Of a DNA stretch of 49,360 bases, positions 27,361 to 37,265 are shown one piece after another. Each line of letters opens with the position of its first letter. Position 1 is the first letter of the stretch. This DNA is from a virus. Lineage: Duplodnaviria; Caudoviricetes. The notes under the pieces were generated by a model. That model worked only from the letters and a program-made list of their open reading frames with translations, searched no databases and was not told the origin of the DNA. Position numbers and translations under genes: made by a program. The stretch is from IMG/VR virus record IMGVR_UViG_3300015050_000961, positions 1 through 49,360 of that record; one strand, written 5' to 3'.

Positions 27361-27885
27361 CCCGTTCTCCAAACCTAACGCAGGCCACTTGCAACACCCA
27401 TTCACGATAGCACCTCGACCGACGCGGGCAAGCTCTGCTTTGCGCGCCTCACCCTTGGCCGTCATGCGATAGAGCCAAAAATCCACTCTCTTCGGATGCA
27501 GGTTTGCCGCCTCGTCATAATCGGGATTGCGAGCGCGCTCGAGCTTTCCCTGATCCATCTGCCGGTGCAGCATCTTGTTCATGCTCCAGGGCGGGGCGCC
27601 TGTCCCGCGGATCAGATCCCGCCGCGTGTACCAGCAACCCGGCTGCATGACCGCATAAAGCCGCGCGGGCCACCTGGGGCGCCGTAGCTTCCGGTTGGCC
27701 GCCTTCCTCTCTTCGAGCTTCCGGAGGAACACGACCCGGGCGCGCGCCTTGGCCTTGGCCGCCCGAACCTTCCGCCGGCGCTCCAGCTCCTCGCGCGATG
27801 GCCGGCCGCGCTGCATCGAAAGCGCGAGCGCGTCCCAGTCGATCGGGGTCTCGATTAGCTTTTGCCAAGGGGTTTTGACCATCAC
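27346..27885 (-). CDS. Basic protein with possible winged-helix C-terminus
   Basis: Arg-rich helix followed by WYTRRDL...MLHRQMDQGKLER...LYRMTAKG. Confidence 0.55.
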   Translation of the reverse strand: MMVKTPWQKLIETPIDWDALALSMQRGRPSREELERRRKVRAAKAKARARVVFLRKLEERKAANRKLRRPRWPARLYAVMQPGCWYTRRDLIRGTGAPPWSMNKMLHRQMDQGKLERARNPDYDEAANLHPKRVDFWLYRMTAKGEARKAELARVGRGAIVNGCCKWPALGLENGKAAG

Positions 27886-27893
27886 CTGTAATT

Positions 27894-28113
27894 CGTCAGG
27901 TGTCAGCCCTGTCAGATGTCAGGCTTCTAGCCTGCCTGACAATCTGACAGTTGAGGGCCGATTGTAAATTACACATTCTGACAGTTCTGACAGTCATGGT
28001 CTAAACCATTGATTTTTTGCGTCTTTCGCCACCAAGCCCGAGTCTGACAGTTCTTGACGCAAGGGGTACAGAGCTGTCCGATTGAGCTTTTTTCCGCGAG
28101 GCCCTTTCTGACA
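27894..28113. repeat. Putative replication origin: inverted clusters of CTGACA iterons plus an IHF site
   Basis: TGTCAG at 27901, 27910, 27917 (CGTCAG at 27894); CTGACA at 27936, 27944, 27978, 27987, 28044, 28108; AATCAATGGTTTA on the minus strand at 28002-28014. Confidence 0.6.
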
Positions 28114-29892
28114 CGACAAAACCGACATTTGCCACGAATCCCAGGGGACTTTGACCCTCTTGAGCAAGTCGGCTTTGTCGGCATTGGAGAGACTTTCGTC
28201 CTCCTCGATCTCTGCGGTGCGCGCTTCGATCAGGCGGTCGAAAACGTCCAGCATCCCCTTCGCCGCGGACGAGAGGCGCTCCTCAAACTCAGTCACAGCG
28301 ACCCACCGAACCACGCACGCGGAGACCGGCCGGCCGTCGGTGCGCGCCCCGATCTCGATGCTGTCCAGCTCGAAGCGCATGTCGTCCGCCTTGCCCATGT
28401 CGCGTTGCTTCTGGATGGACAGAAGGCCGTCGTCGATCTCGATCTCAGTATCGGTCGCAGCGCGCAGCGCAGACGACCCACGGGCGCCCTTGGACTTATC
28501 CTTGCCGGTATGGTGGATCAGGTTGATCGCCGCGCCCGTGGCCGCTCTGAGGCGGTCGCAGTGGCCAACCATCAGGCCCATGTCGACCGACGTGTTTTCG
28601 TCGCCGCCGCCCATCGCCCTGGCCAAGGTATCGACCACAATCAGCGCGCACTTCTGACCGAAGTGGGCTTCCTCACCTCGGATGAGCCGTATCAGCCGCC
28701 CCGTGTCGTTGGCGTCCCCCGTGGCGTGTAGATCAATCGGGCAGGGCACGAGCGAGAAGGGGATGTCCTTGACGCCGTAGTGGCGCTTGTACGCTTCTAT
28801 GCGCTTGCTGAAGCCCTTGCCGCCTTCAGACGCGACATAGACCACCAGTCCGGGCCGCACCTTGTGGCCGTTCCAGTCACGGCCGGCGGCGATGTGAAAC
28901 GCCTGGTCGAGCACCACGAATGTCTTGCCGACATTGCTGTCGCCGTAGGTGACGGCCATAGCGCCCGAATCCATCACCTCATCGATCAGGTAAGGCCGAT
29001 CCAGCTCCGGCTTGTCGTCCACCCAGCGGATTGCGTAGAGGCCCCGACGCTGCGCTGTTCCCGCGGCGGGAGCAGGCTCGACCGCTTCGAACTCCGCTTC
29101 AGGCGATGCGATGCCCGGGGGGCTTTGGCCGTAGCGGTATGCGTTCTCGACGCGGAAGGCGATGTGGTCGTGTTCTCTGGATGATGCGCCTTGCCAGTGC
29201 TCGGCCATCAGCTCGAGCGCGGTCTCCTGGCTGATGCCGAAATCCTTGACGCGGCACGCGACCTTGAACGTGCCGCTGTCGGGGGCGGTTGCTAGATACG
29301 CCGTTGCGCGCTTGATCGCGTCGGGGGTGTCGAGCTCGGAAAGAGCATTTCCACTGCTGTTTTTCCGCTTTGCATCCCGCGCCACACGATCCACGGCGAT
29401 GCCCACGGCCGGCAATGGGCGCATTTCGGATCGCACGCCAACGTAACCGTTGCCGCCGATGGTTGATCCGGGGGCGACGACGTATCCGCCGTATCCTTTG
29501 AGGTCGACATGCTTGCAAAGCTCCTTTGGAAACCCCGACGAATCGTCGACGCTGAAATACCGATGCTGGCCGCCGGAGGCAGTGGTCACCGTGTATGTTT
29601 CGGGGAGCTGCTCGTTGCACGCTTCCCAGAGGCGCAGTGATTCGTCGCCTTTCTTGCCGTCTCGTGTATCGACGTCGACCACGATGACATCGCGATCGAG
29701 CGCGATGCCGATATTGTAATCCTGCTCGGTGCCGAACACAGGATCCGTCCATAGCCGTTCGATCTTGGCGGGATCGCGCGTTGCAACCTCCTGCCAATCG
29801 CCGGTGATGGCCGGGATTTTGCCGTTGGGCACAAGCGGGAAGACGCGAAACCCTTGTTTCGAGAGGCGCAACGCAGACTGAAGTTTGCTCAT
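27994..29892 (-). CDS. Bifunctional primase-polymerase fused to a RepA/AAA_25 helicase
   Basis: GFRVFPL, VVDVD, TASGGQHRYF, GGYVVAPGS; Walker A GDSNVGKT, IVVDTLAR, HHTGKD, RGSSAL. Confidence 0.92.
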   Translation of the reverse strand: MSKLQSALRLSKQGFRVFPLVPNGKIPAITGDWQEVATRDPAKIERLWTDPVFGTEQDYNIGIALDRDVIVVDVDTRDGKKGDESLRLWEACNEQLPETYTVTTASGGQHRYFSVDDSSGFPKELCKHVDLKGYGGYVVAPGSTIGGNGYVGVRSEMRPLPAVGIAVDRVARDAKRKNSSGNALSELDTPDAIKRATAYLATAPDSGTFKVACRVKDFGISQETALELMAEHWQGASSREHDHIAFRVENAYRYGQSPPGIASPEAEFEAVEPAPAAGTAQRRGLYAIRWVDDKPELDRPYLIDEVMDSGAMAVTYGDSNVGKTFVVLDQAFHIAAGRDWNGHKVRPGLVVYVASEGGKGFSKRIEAYKRHYGVKDIPFSLVPCPIDLHATGDANDTGRLIRLIRGEEAHFGQKCALIVVDTLARAMGGGDENTSVDMGLMVGHCDRLRAATGAAINLIHHTGKDKSKGARGSSALRAATDTEIEIDDGLLSIQKQRDMGKADDMRFELDSIEIGARTDGRPVSACVVRWVAVTEFEERLSSAAKGMLDVFDRLIEARTAEIEEDESLSNADKADLLKRVKVPWDSWQMSVLSCQKGPRGKKLNRTALYPLRQELSDSGLVAKDAKNQWFRP

Positions 29893-29899
29893 GCCGATG

Positions 29900-30145
29900 C
29901 TACGACAGCGCCTCGGCGAGTTGCGAGCCGATCAGCTTCGGAAGCGTGATCGGCGCCGGAATGTACTTGTATCGCTTGCCGCGAATCGTGAGGTCGACGT
30001 AGTCGCTGCGCCGGCTGGTGTCGGGCGGTGCCTTATGGCGTGCGCGGCCGTCCATCAGGCTATGCAGCGCCTCGTCGCGCGCGTGGTCGGCGATCGGGTT
30101 GGGGATTGGCCGGACGAAATGATGGTGAGCCAGTTTCGTTTTCAT
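29900..30145 (-). CDS. Hypothetical protein (81 aa)
   Basis: ATG overlaps the upstream stop, GGAG RBS. Confidence 0.55.
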   Translation of the reverse strand: MKTKLAHHHFVRPIPNPIADHARDEALHSLMDGRARHKAPPDTSRRSDYVDLTIRGKRYKYIPAPITLPKLIGSQLAEALS

Positions 30146-30498
30146 GCTGCGATCTCCGATTGTTGGTTGAGGCGTTCGAGGCGCACGCCGACGTTGCGCA
30201 CTGTGCGCAGCCCAAAGCCCCACGCCGCCAATAGCTTGCGGGTGCGGCAGAGTTGGACCTGAACGACTTTGGAAGGTTCTTGCGGCTCCCCGGAGTAGTG
30301 CCACATGCCGCGGATCAGTTTGTCGTGCGGCACGGTCTCGGGGTATTGGCGGGTGAGCAGCGCCATCATTTCGGCGCGAGACGGTCCTAGGCGAATGGTC
30401 TCGCCGCGGAACGAGATGCAGTTTGTGTTGAGATCGACCAGCGGCAGGTCGGTTTTGACGGCATTGCCGCAACAGGGGCAGGTGGTCGACTCGCTCAT
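30142..30498 (-). CDS. Stand-alone OmpR/PhoB-type winged-helix DNA-binding protein with N-terminal CPCC
   Basis: LIRGMW...VVQVQLCRTRKLL...LRTVRNVGVRL. Confidence 0.75.
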   Translation of the reverse strand: MSESTTCPCCGNAVKTDLPLVDLNTNCISFRGETIRLGPSRAEMMALLTRQYPETVPHDKLIRGMWHYSGEPQEPSKVVQVQLCRTRKLLAAWGFGLRTVRNVGVRLERLNQQSEIAA

Positions 30499-30734
30499 GC
30501 CGCCACCCGGAGAATCACCTCATCGATATGTTCGACGATGTCGGATGCGGTGAAGCCTTCGAGGGTCAGGATCGTGGCGACATTGAGTTTGTTTTTAACG
30601 AGCTCGCCCCCGAATTCGGCGTTCTTGAAGCGCAATACACGCGACATGATGTCGATTATGTCGGGCGTTTGTCGGGCGAGGAACCCGACAGGCGGCATGC
30701 CCGAAGTCTCGACGTCCAAAGGATTTTCTATCAT
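30495..30734 (-). CDS. Hypothetical protein
   Basis: 79 aa ending RVAA, coupled to the next gene. Confidence 0.5.
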   Translation of the reverse strand: MIENPLDVETSGMPPVGFLARQTPDIIDIMSRVLRFKNAEFGGELVKNKLNVATILTLEGFTASDIVEHIDEVILRVAA

Positions 30735-30765
30735 CTTGGCGTCCCCGCGATTTGGTTATGTCTGG

Positions 30766-30875
30766 TGTGTCGGTCGAGTCTAACCGACAAAAACACTATC
30801 GCTCGAAAAAATTACCCTTGTCAATCGGGAACATCCATGCGAGTGTCGGTTCATGCCACCCGACAACTTTCGACA
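30766..30875. promoter_or_regulatory. Divergent promoter region of the replication modules
   Basis: ATTGACAAGGG on the minus strand (TTGACA at 30819-30824); several CCGACA/TGTCGG boxes. Confidence 0.6.
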
Positions 30876-31044
30876 AGACGTCGAATCGTTCATGAAAAAG
30901 CACTCGATGTCCGCGACGCGCTTCGGCGTCTTCGCGGCCGGCGACACCAAGTTCGTCAAGACGGTGCGCGACGGGCGGAACGTACGGGAGACCACCAAGG
31001 CCGCCATCCGCAAGTGGATGAAGTCGTACGAGAAAGGGGTCTAG
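30853..31044 (+). CDS. Small Cro-like HTH protein
   Basis: VESFMKKHSMSATRFG...GDTKFVKTVRDGR pattern; first gene of the rightward operon. Confidence 0.7.
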   Translation: MPPDNFRQDVESFMKKHSMSATRFGVFAAGDTKFVKTVRDGRNVRETTKAAIRKWMKSYEKGV

Positions 31045-31046
31045 GG

Positions 31047-31679
31047 ATGCTGATCGGGATCACCGGGCGAAAGCATCACGGCAAGGACACCGTCGCGCAG
31101 ATGTTCGTCGAGCGCGGCTACACGCAAATCCGGTTTGCCGATCCGCTGAAGAACATGCTCCGCGCGTTCTATGCGACCGTCGGCGTCCAGGTTGCCGACA
31201 TCGAGGAACGCATAGAGGGCGCACTCAAGGAGATTCCCTGCGGCTGGCTCTGCGGCGAGACGCCGCGGCGCGCGATGCAGACCCTCGGCGCCGAATGGGG
31301 GCGCGTGCACATCGGCGATCGGTTCTGGGTCGACACCCTGCTGCGCCGTGCGGGCCGCGGCGCCGATGTGGTCGTCTCCGACGTGCGCTACCCAAACGAG
31401 TGCGCTGCAATCAAGTCGAGCGGCGGGCTTGTGTTTCGCGTCGACGCGGGGAAGCGCGTTCCGCAGAACGAGTTCTCAAACCATTCATCGGAAACCGAAA
31501 TCGACAATCTGCCTGTCGACCGGGTCATCGATAACAACGGCAGCGCGGCTCAGCTTCGTGAAGCGATCGATCAACTTTGTCGCGATCTGTCGTGGGTTGA
31601 GTCACCGCCAATGAGCCAAGAAACGAAAGTGTCCAGCGGCATCGAGGAACGAAGCGCAGACTGTTGTTCAACCAGGTAG
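31047..31679 (+). CDS. Deoxynucleoside monophosphate kinase
   Basis: IGITGRKHHGKDT P-loop, FADPLK, TPRRAMQTLG, SDVRYPNE, HSSE. Confidence 0.9.
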   Translation: MLIGITGRKHHGKDTVAQMFVERGYTQIRFADPLKNMLRAFYATVGVQVADIEERIEGALKEIPCGWLCGETPRRAMQTLGAEWGRVHIGDRFWVDTLLRRAGRGADVVVSDVRYPNECAAIKSSGGLVFRVDAGKRVPQNEFSNHSSETEIDNLPVDRVIDNNGSAAQLREAIDQLCRDLSWVESPPMSQETKVSSGIEERSADCCSTR

Positions 31680-31772
31680 CGGTGCCTGTGCATTCTGCGA
31701 ACAAGCGTTGAAAGTTCTGTGTTTGTTCCTAAGTCGTGCTACGTAGAAGATGTGCATCATGAGGGGGCCGGA

Positions 31773-32249
31773 ATGTCAGTTCTGACGCTGGATTTGGGTA
31801 CTCGTACAGGGTGGATGCTGAAGCAGCGCGGCGGCGCGCAAGTCCACGGCATCTGGGATCTCAAGGGCGATCGGTTCGAAGGCGGCGGCATGCGCTACCT
31901 GCGCTTCCGGCGCGAGCTGATGTCGCTGCACGAGCATTCCCCGATCAAGATGATCTTCTTCGAGGAGGTCCACCGTCACAACGGCACGGCCGCGGCGCAC
32001 GTCTACGGCGGGCTCGCCGCCGAGGTGATGGCGTTCGGCGAGGAGCGCGACATTCCGTATGAGGGTGTGCCAGTCGGCACGATCAAGAAGTTCGCGACCG
32101 GAAAGGGCAACGCCGGCAAGGACATGATGATCGCGGCGTGCCGCAAGTGGGGCTTCGAAGGCGTCGTCGACGACAACGAGGCCGATGCGATATGCATCAT
32201 GCAGTTGAAGCTCGAAGACCCGCTCGTGCAGCAAATTCTTGGCCTATAG
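31773..32249 (+). CDS. RuvC-like Holliday junction resolvase
   Basis: LDLGTRTGW, FFEEV, IKKFATGKGNAGK, DDNEADA. Confidence 0.85.
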   Translation: MSVLTLDLGTRTGWMLKQRGGAQVHGIWDLKGDRFEGGGMRYLRFRRELMSLHEHSPIKMIFFEEVHRHNGTAAAHVYGGLAAEVMAFGEERDIPYEGVPVGTIKKFATGKGNAGKDMMIAACRKWGFEGVVDDNEADAICIMQLKLEDPLVQQILGL

Positions 32250-32305
32250 CGTCGGCTTATACGACATTACGCGATACGAGATACCAGACAGAGACCGACA
32301 CGCCC

Positions 32306-33652
32306 ATGGACCTATACCCGTACCAAGTACAAGGCGCTCAGTTTCTCGCTTCGAAGGGGCGGGCGCTGCTCGCCGACGAGATGGGCCTCGGCAAGTCTGC
32401 CCAGGCGATCGCAGCGTGCGATGCGGTGTGCGGCGTCGGCGACAATGTCGAGGTGGTGTGCCCCGCGTCGGTTGTCGAGAACTGGATCCGCGAGATCGAG
32501 CGCTTCAAGAAAGGCCGCTGGACCTACGGCGTGATGTCCTACGATCGTGCGGCGCGCATGGTCGCCGCCGGCAAGATGCCGAGCAGCATTCGGGTGCTGA
32601 TCCTGGATGAGGCGCACTACCTCAAGAATCACAAGGCGAAGCGCACCAAGGCGATCTTCGGCGACAAGTGCGACGGCAGCTCCGGGCTGGTGTCGCGTGC
32701 CAAACACGTCTTCTGTTTGACCGGGACGCCGACGCCGAACAACCCGTCCGAGCTGTGGCCGATCCTGCGTGCGGTGATGCCGCAGGCGATCGCCATGCAA
32801 ATCCAGGGTCTTCAGAATTTCAAGCCGGACGACTTCGTTGATCTAAGTTTGTCGAACATGCACTCGCGCCCCATGGCCTACTGGCCATTCGTGCAGCGCT
32901 ACTGCGTCACACGCGACAACGGTTTCGGCATTCAGATCGTGAAGGGCAAAAACCTCCCCGAGCTTAAGGCGCGCATCGCGCCGTGGGTACTGCGCCGGAA
33001 GAAGGATGAGGTGCTGAAGGACTTGCCGCCGATCCGTTTCGACGAGTTGCCTCTCAAGGGAGACCTCGGCACTTGGCAGGCAAACATCGCGTTGCATCCT
33101 GAAGCGGCGCTCGCCGTTAAGACGCTGGAAGAGAAGGGCGTTGCGGGCTTGCGCGAGATCGCGCCGCACGTCGCGCAGCTTCGCCGGGTCACGGGACTTG
33201 CGAAAGTGGGGCCGGCCGCCGAATGGATTAGCGATTGGTTCGAGAATGGCGGGGTCAAACTGGTTGTCTTTGCACACCATCGCGATGTGATTGACGCGTT
33301 GTGCAAGTCCGCAAAACCGGAGTGGCGCGCTTGCGCGCTTACTGGAAGCGACAGCGTCGAGACCCGTCAATTTATCGTTGATGACTTCCAGCGGGCGAGT
33401 GGTTCAAAGCTGTTTATCGGCCAAATCCAAGCGGCCGGCACCGGTATCACGTTGACCGCGGCGTCCGATCTTCTGTTCGTCGAATCGAGCTGGGTGCCAG
33501 CGGAGAACGAGCAGGCCGCAATGCGCATTCACCGGATCGGCCAGAAGAACGCGTGCATGGTGCGTTTCGCCACCCTGGCCGGATCGATCGACGAGAATAT
33601 CCAACGTGCGGTGATGCGTAAGACCGCGGACATCGCGAAACTTTTTAACTAG
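32306..33652 (+). CDS. SNF2-family helicase
   Basis: LADEMGLGKS, LDEAH, LTGTP, GITLT, QAAMRIHRIGQ. Confidence 0.92.
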   Translation: MDLYPYQVQGAQFLASKGRALLADEMGLGKSAQAIAACDAVCGVGDNVEVVCPASVVENWIREIERFKKGRWTYGVMSYDRAARMVAAGKMPSSIRVLILDEAHYLKNHKAKRTKAIFGDKCDGSSGLVSRAKHVFCLTGTPTPNNPSELWPILRAVMPQAIAMQIQGLQNFKPDDFVDLSLSNMHSRPMAYWPFVQRYCVTRDNGFGIQIVKGKNLPELKARIAPWVLRRKKDEVLKDLPPIRFDELPLKGDLGTWQANIALHPEAALAVKTLEEKGVAGLREIAPHVAQLRRVTGLAKVGPAAEWISDWFENGGVKLVVFAHHRDVIDALCKSAKPEWRACALTGSDSVETRQFIVDDFQRASGSKLFIGQIQAAGTGITLTAASDLLFVESSWVPAENEQAAMRIHRIGQKNACMVRFATLAGSIDENIQRAVMRKTADIAKLFN

Positions 33653-33685
33653 CTTGTCGGCTTTAACGAAGGAGAACGACTGACA

Positions 33686-34129
33686 ATGTCCATCACCCTC
33701 ACGATCACTGAAGAGACCCCGCAGGCGGTTGCCAACGCCCTGGTCGGCATGGCGATCCCGTTCATGCGTAGCGCGGCGGCGCAGGCGCAACCTGCTCCGG
33801 CGCAGGAGAAGGTCGAGACGCCGGAGACCAAGGTGGTCGAGGGCGAGGTCATCCCGCCGACCAAGAAGCGCGAGAAGAAGGCGGACAAGAAAGCCGACGA
33901 GCCGAAGCAGACCGACATCGAGGACAAGATCACCGAGGTCAAGGACGCCCCGGCCGAGTGCAAGATCGAGGACGTCCGCGTCGCGCTCAAGGAGCTCGGC
34001 GAGAGCAAGGGGACTGATGCAGTCTTCGAGTTGCTAGGCGAGTACAAAGTGAAGAACGCGACCGAAGCGTTCAACGCCGGCAAGGGCGCCGAGATCGTCA
34101 AGAAGGCCAACGAACTGGCGGCTGCGTGA
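33686..34129 (+). CDS. Hypothetical acidic protein preceding DUF2800
   Basis: Strong AAGGAG RBS; IEDVRVAL...LLGEYKV C-terminal helix. Confidence 0.7.
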   Translation: MSITLTITEETPQAVANALVGMAIPFMRSAAAQAQPAPAQEKVETPETKVVEGEVIPPTKKREKKADKKADEPKQTDIEDKITEVKDAPAECKIEDVRVALKELGESKGTDAVFELLGEYKVKNATEAFNAGKGAEIVKKANELAAA

Positions 34130-34215
34130 TGAAGAAACTCGCGGCAGCGCTCATCGCATTGGCCATCCCGGTCGCGTGCATAGCGCTGTCGCTCTGGCTG
34201 GGAGCGGTGCGATGA
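34129..34215 (+). CDS. Small membrane peptide (28 aa)
   Basis: MKKLAAALIALAIPVACIALSLWLGAVR; coupled on both sides. Confidence 0.5.
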   Translation: MKKLAAALIALAIPVACIALSLWLGAVR

Positions 34216-34388
34216 GAGCGCTAGGCGGCGGCTACGCAGCGGAGAAGTGGGAGAAGGTCGACAGCTACACCGAGCGCCTCGAGGTGCCTGGCGGGTGGCT
34301 TTACCGCTACACGAAATTCTCGGTGCATCAGCCGATGTGTTTCGTGCCGACGCCCCCACCAATTTACGAAGTGACGTGGCTGCCATGA
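34212..34388 (+). CDS. Hypothetical protein
   Basis: TERLEVPGGWLYR...MCFVP; ATGA coupling. Confidence 0.6.
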   Translation: MRALGGGYAAEKWEKVDSYTERLEVPGGWLYRYTKFSVHQPMCFVPTPPPIYEVTWLP

Positions 34389-34570
34389 CCCCCGAGGACG
34401 CTATGCAGCTCAAAGCGGGCGACACCGTGCTGGTGCGCGCCACCATCACGGTCGCGGACCCGACGCGCGGCGAGGACGTCTGCGTCGCGGTGCATCGGCC
34501 GTACGGCAAGCAGGAATTCTTTGTGGGAACGGGTGAGATTCATGGCCAAGAAGCCGCAAGCGCACGCTGA
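34385..34570 (+). CDS. Hypothetical protein
   Basis: LKAGDTVLVRATI; ATGA coupling. Confidence 0.5.
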   Translation: MTPEDAMQLKAGDTVLVRATITVADPTRGEDVCVAVHRPYGKQEFFVGTGEIHGQEAASAR

Positions 34571-35768
34571 TCGCGACCACGCCACGCTGAGCCCGTCGGG
34601 GGCGTCTCGATGGTTCGAGTGCCCCGGCTCGCCGGCGGCGGAAGCGCCGTTCCCGCGGACGTCCAACGTCCACGCGGATGAGGGCACCGCCGCGCACGAG
34701 CTCGGTGAGATTTGCCTCCGGAACGACTTCGACCCCGTCGAATTCCTCGGCGGCTACGTCGACATCAAGAAGGGCAAGGTCTACCGCGAGGAAGCGGCCG
34801 GCGACGTCGAGCACGACAAGGACAAGGGGCTGTTCACCGTCGATGAGGAGATGGTCGACGGCGCGTGGCTCTACGTCGAGACCGTGCGTTCCCACATCGC
34901 CGAGGGCGACGAGTACGAGTTTGAGGCCAAGCTCGACCTGACGCACATCCCGGGGATGGAGTTCGGCACCGGCGACTTCATCCGCTACCGGCCTTCGACC
35001 AAGGAACTGGTCGTCATCGATTTCAAGTACGGCCGCGGCGTCCGTGTCGACGTCAAGGAGAACGAGCAGCTCCTATGCTACGCGGAGGGCACCGCCAAGC
35101 GTTTCCACAACCGCGGGCTCGACAAGGTCAAGCTGGTCGTGGTGCAGCCGCGCTATCCGGACAAGGAGCGGGTCCGCGAGTGGACGATCGACGCGCTGGA
35201 GCTGGTCGAGTTCCGCTACACGTTGATCGACAAGGCCAACGCCACGATGGTGGAGAACCCTCCACGCATCCCCGGCGACCACTGCCGCTGGTGCAAGGCG
35301 GCCGCGAGTTGCGAGGCGCTGCGCTCGCATAGCCTGAAGGTCGCGGAGATGGAATTCAGCGACGAGCCGCCGAAGGTCGCGGACATGGACGCGGAGAAGA
35401 TCGCGGACCTGATGACCAAAGCGGATGTGGTCGAGAACTGGATCAAAGCGATCAAGAACAGGGCACACGAGATTGCATCGAACGATGGCCTGCCGGGCTG
35501 GAAGCTCGTCCACTCGACGTCGCACCGCAAGTGGAAGGACGACGATGAGGCGCTGAAGTACCTCGGCGCTGTGGTCGAGCTCACCGACGAGCAGATTTAC
35601 GCCGAGCCGAAGATGAAGTCGCCGGCGGCGGTCGAGAAGATCCTCGGTTCGAAGCGCAAGAAGGAAATCGAGGGGCTGATCTACAAGCCGCCAGGCAAAA
35701 TCATCCTGGTGCCGGAGAGCGACCCGCGCGCTCCTGCGAAGGTCGACGCGGAAGAGGAGTTCGCCTAG
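34542..35768 (+). CDS. DUF2800 / Cas4-like PD-(D/E)XK nuclease
   Basis: HATLSPSGASRWFECPGS, EGTAAHE, FGTGD, IDFKYGRG, PGDHCRWCKA. Confidence 0.88.
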   Translation: MAKKPQAHADRDHATLSPSGASRWFECPGSPAAEAPFPRTSNVHADEGTAAHELGEICLRNDFDPVEFLGGYVDIKKGKVYREEAAGDVEHDKDKGLFTVDEEMVDGAWLYVETVRSHIAEGDEYEFEAKLDLTHIPGMEFGTGDFIRYRPSTKELVVIDFKYGRGVRVDVKENEQLLCYAEGTAKRFHNRGLDKVKLVVVQPRYPDKERVREWTIDALELVEFRYTLIDKANATMVENPPRIPGDHCRWCKAAASCEALRSHSLKVAEMEFSDEPPKVADMDAEKIADLMTKADVVENWIKAIKNRAHEIASNDGLPGWKLVHSTSHRKWKDDDEALKYLGAVVELTDEQIYAEPKMKSPAAVEKILGSKRKKEIEGLIYKPPGKIILVPESDPRAPAKVDAEEEFA

Positions 35769-35983
35769 TGGGACCGGTCGTCTTCGAGAAGTGGATCAAG
35801 TTCAGCCGCAAGGGCACCCGCGTGCAGTACCACGTCGGCAACCTGCACTACGATCGCGAGATGAGCCCCGCCGTCGACAAGAAGGCGATTCTGGCCATGC
35901 GTGGTCAGGAGGCCGGCCGGTTGTCGCTCGTACAGCGGCGCATCCGGGAGGGGGTTTGCAGCTACGAAGCCGTACGACGCTGA
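35768..35983 (+). CDS. Hypothetical protein
   Basis: YHVGNL...LVQRR...YEAVRR. Confidence 0.6.
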   Translation: MGPVVFEKWIKFSRKGTRVQYHVGNLHYDREMSPAVDKKAILAMRGQEAGRLSLVQRRIREGVCSYEAVRR

Positions 35984-36049
35984 GCGCCTTGTCGGCTTTT
36001 GAGGATCGGCACGCCCGACGCCGTTGAGATCGGAGCATGGAGAGAAGGC

Positions 36050-36682
36050 ATGAGTAACGAGAACAAGGCATACATCCACCCGAAGACCGGCAACATCGTG
36101 CTGCCGAAGGGCAAGATCCTCTGGAACTCGCTGTTTTCGCCTCGCAAGGGCAAGAAGGGGATCGAGGGCAAGTACGAATACAATCACCTGATCCCGAAGG
36201 GCGCCGACATCAAGGTTCTCCAGGAGGAGGCCCTCAACGCCGGCAAGGACAAGTTCTCGAAGGCGTTCAAGGACGCCAACGGCAAGTGGCCGCAGAGCAT
36301 CAAGAGCCCGTTCAAGCGCACCGAGACCAACGACAAGCTGGTCGCGGGCCTCGAGGACGCGGGCCTGAAGGTTGAGGACTTCCCGTACTTCGTCGCGGCG
36401 CGGTCGAAGGACAAGCCCGGCGTGGTCGGCCCGAACGGCAAGTCCGAGGGCATCGATGCCGAGCAGGTTTACCCGGGGCGCTGGGCGCGCGGTTCCGTGC
36501 AGGCGTACGGCTACGACGTCGACGGCAACAAGGGCGTGTCGTTCGGGCTCATCAATGTGCAGCTCCTCGACAATGACGACGAGCTCGTGATCGGCGGCGG
36601 GCGCGTCTCGGCCGAGAGCGAGTTCGAGGCGGCCGAAGGCGCCGGCGACGACAACAAGTCGTCCGATTCGATGTTCGAGTGA
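36050..36682 (+). CDS. Single-stranded DNA-binding protein (DUF2815)
   Basis: LIPK, KPGVVG, VYPGRWAR, GNKGVSFGLINVQ, acidic tail ending MFE. Confidence 0.88.
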   Translation: MSNENKAYIHPKTGNIVLPKGKILWNSLFSPRKGKKGIEGKYEYNHLIPKGADIKVLQEEALNAGKDKFSKAFKDANGKWPQSIKSPFKRTETNDKLVAGLEDAGLKVEDFPYFVAARSKDKPGVVGPNGKSEGIDAEQVYPGRWARGSVQAYGYDVDGNKGVSFGLINVQLLDNDDELVIGGGRVSAESEFEAAEGAGDDNKSSDSMFE

Positions 36683-36689
36683 GGGCATC

Positions 36690-36977
36690 ATGATCGGACA
36701 CAGAGACAGCGAAGCGTGCGGTCAGGCGGTGACGCCAAAGGCCACGCCATTCCGGTCGCTGCAAGCGGCCGGCGAGAGTGTCGCGCAACTCGTGGCGCGG
36801 TTGGAGGGCCTCAGCGAGAAGCTCGTCGGGGCCGTACCGCAAAATCCCCGCGAAGGCACCACCAAGCTCTCGCAAGGTGGCTTGCTTCCCTCGATGCAAG
36901 ACGCTGCGGAGCAAACCTGCGAGATCGTGCAGCGCGGCAACGAAGCGATCGCGCGTATTGAACGGATGTTGCCGTGA
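36690..36977 (+). CDS. Hypothetical protein
   Basis: 95 aa, GAGGG RBS, coupled to the next gene. Confidence 0.6.
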   Translation: MIGHRDSEACGQAVTPKATPFRSLQAAGESVAQLVARLEGLSEKLVGAVPQNPREGTTKLSQGGLLPSMQDAAEQTCEIVQRGNEAIARIERMLP

Positions 36978-37258
36978 CAGAGCCCGGCGTAGGTCACAAC
37001 AGCCGCGGCAAGGTCGCCAAGGACCAACTCAAAGCGTTCGTCGAGCGCATCGAGCGGCTGGAGGAAGAGAAGGACGGCACCGTGTCTGACATCGGTGACG
37101 TCTACAAGGAAGCCAAAGGCAACGGCTTCGACGTGAAGGCGCTGCGAGCCGCGATCGCGCTTCGGAAGAAGGAGCGCGACAGCAAGGCCCAGCTCCAGGA
37201 GCACAAGGCCATCCTCGACACCTACCTCGACGCACTGGGGATGGACTATCTCCTCTGA
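36974..37258 (+). CDS. gapR: GapR-like nucleoid-associated protein (DUF2312)
   Basis: [16 protein letters not shown]...[16 protein letters not shown]...[10 protein letters not shown]. Confidence 0.9.
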   Translation: MTEPGVGHNSRGKVAKDQLKAFVERIERLEEEKDGTVSDIGDVYKEAKGNGFDVKALRAAIALRKKERDSKAQLQEHKAILDTYLDALGMDYLL

Positions 37259-37265
37259 CAACTAC

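Noticed and set aside
34542-35768. Cas4 as part of a CRISPR-Cas system
   Set aside because: DUF2800 beside DUF2815 and PolA is a standard phage replication module; no cas1/cas2 or array is present
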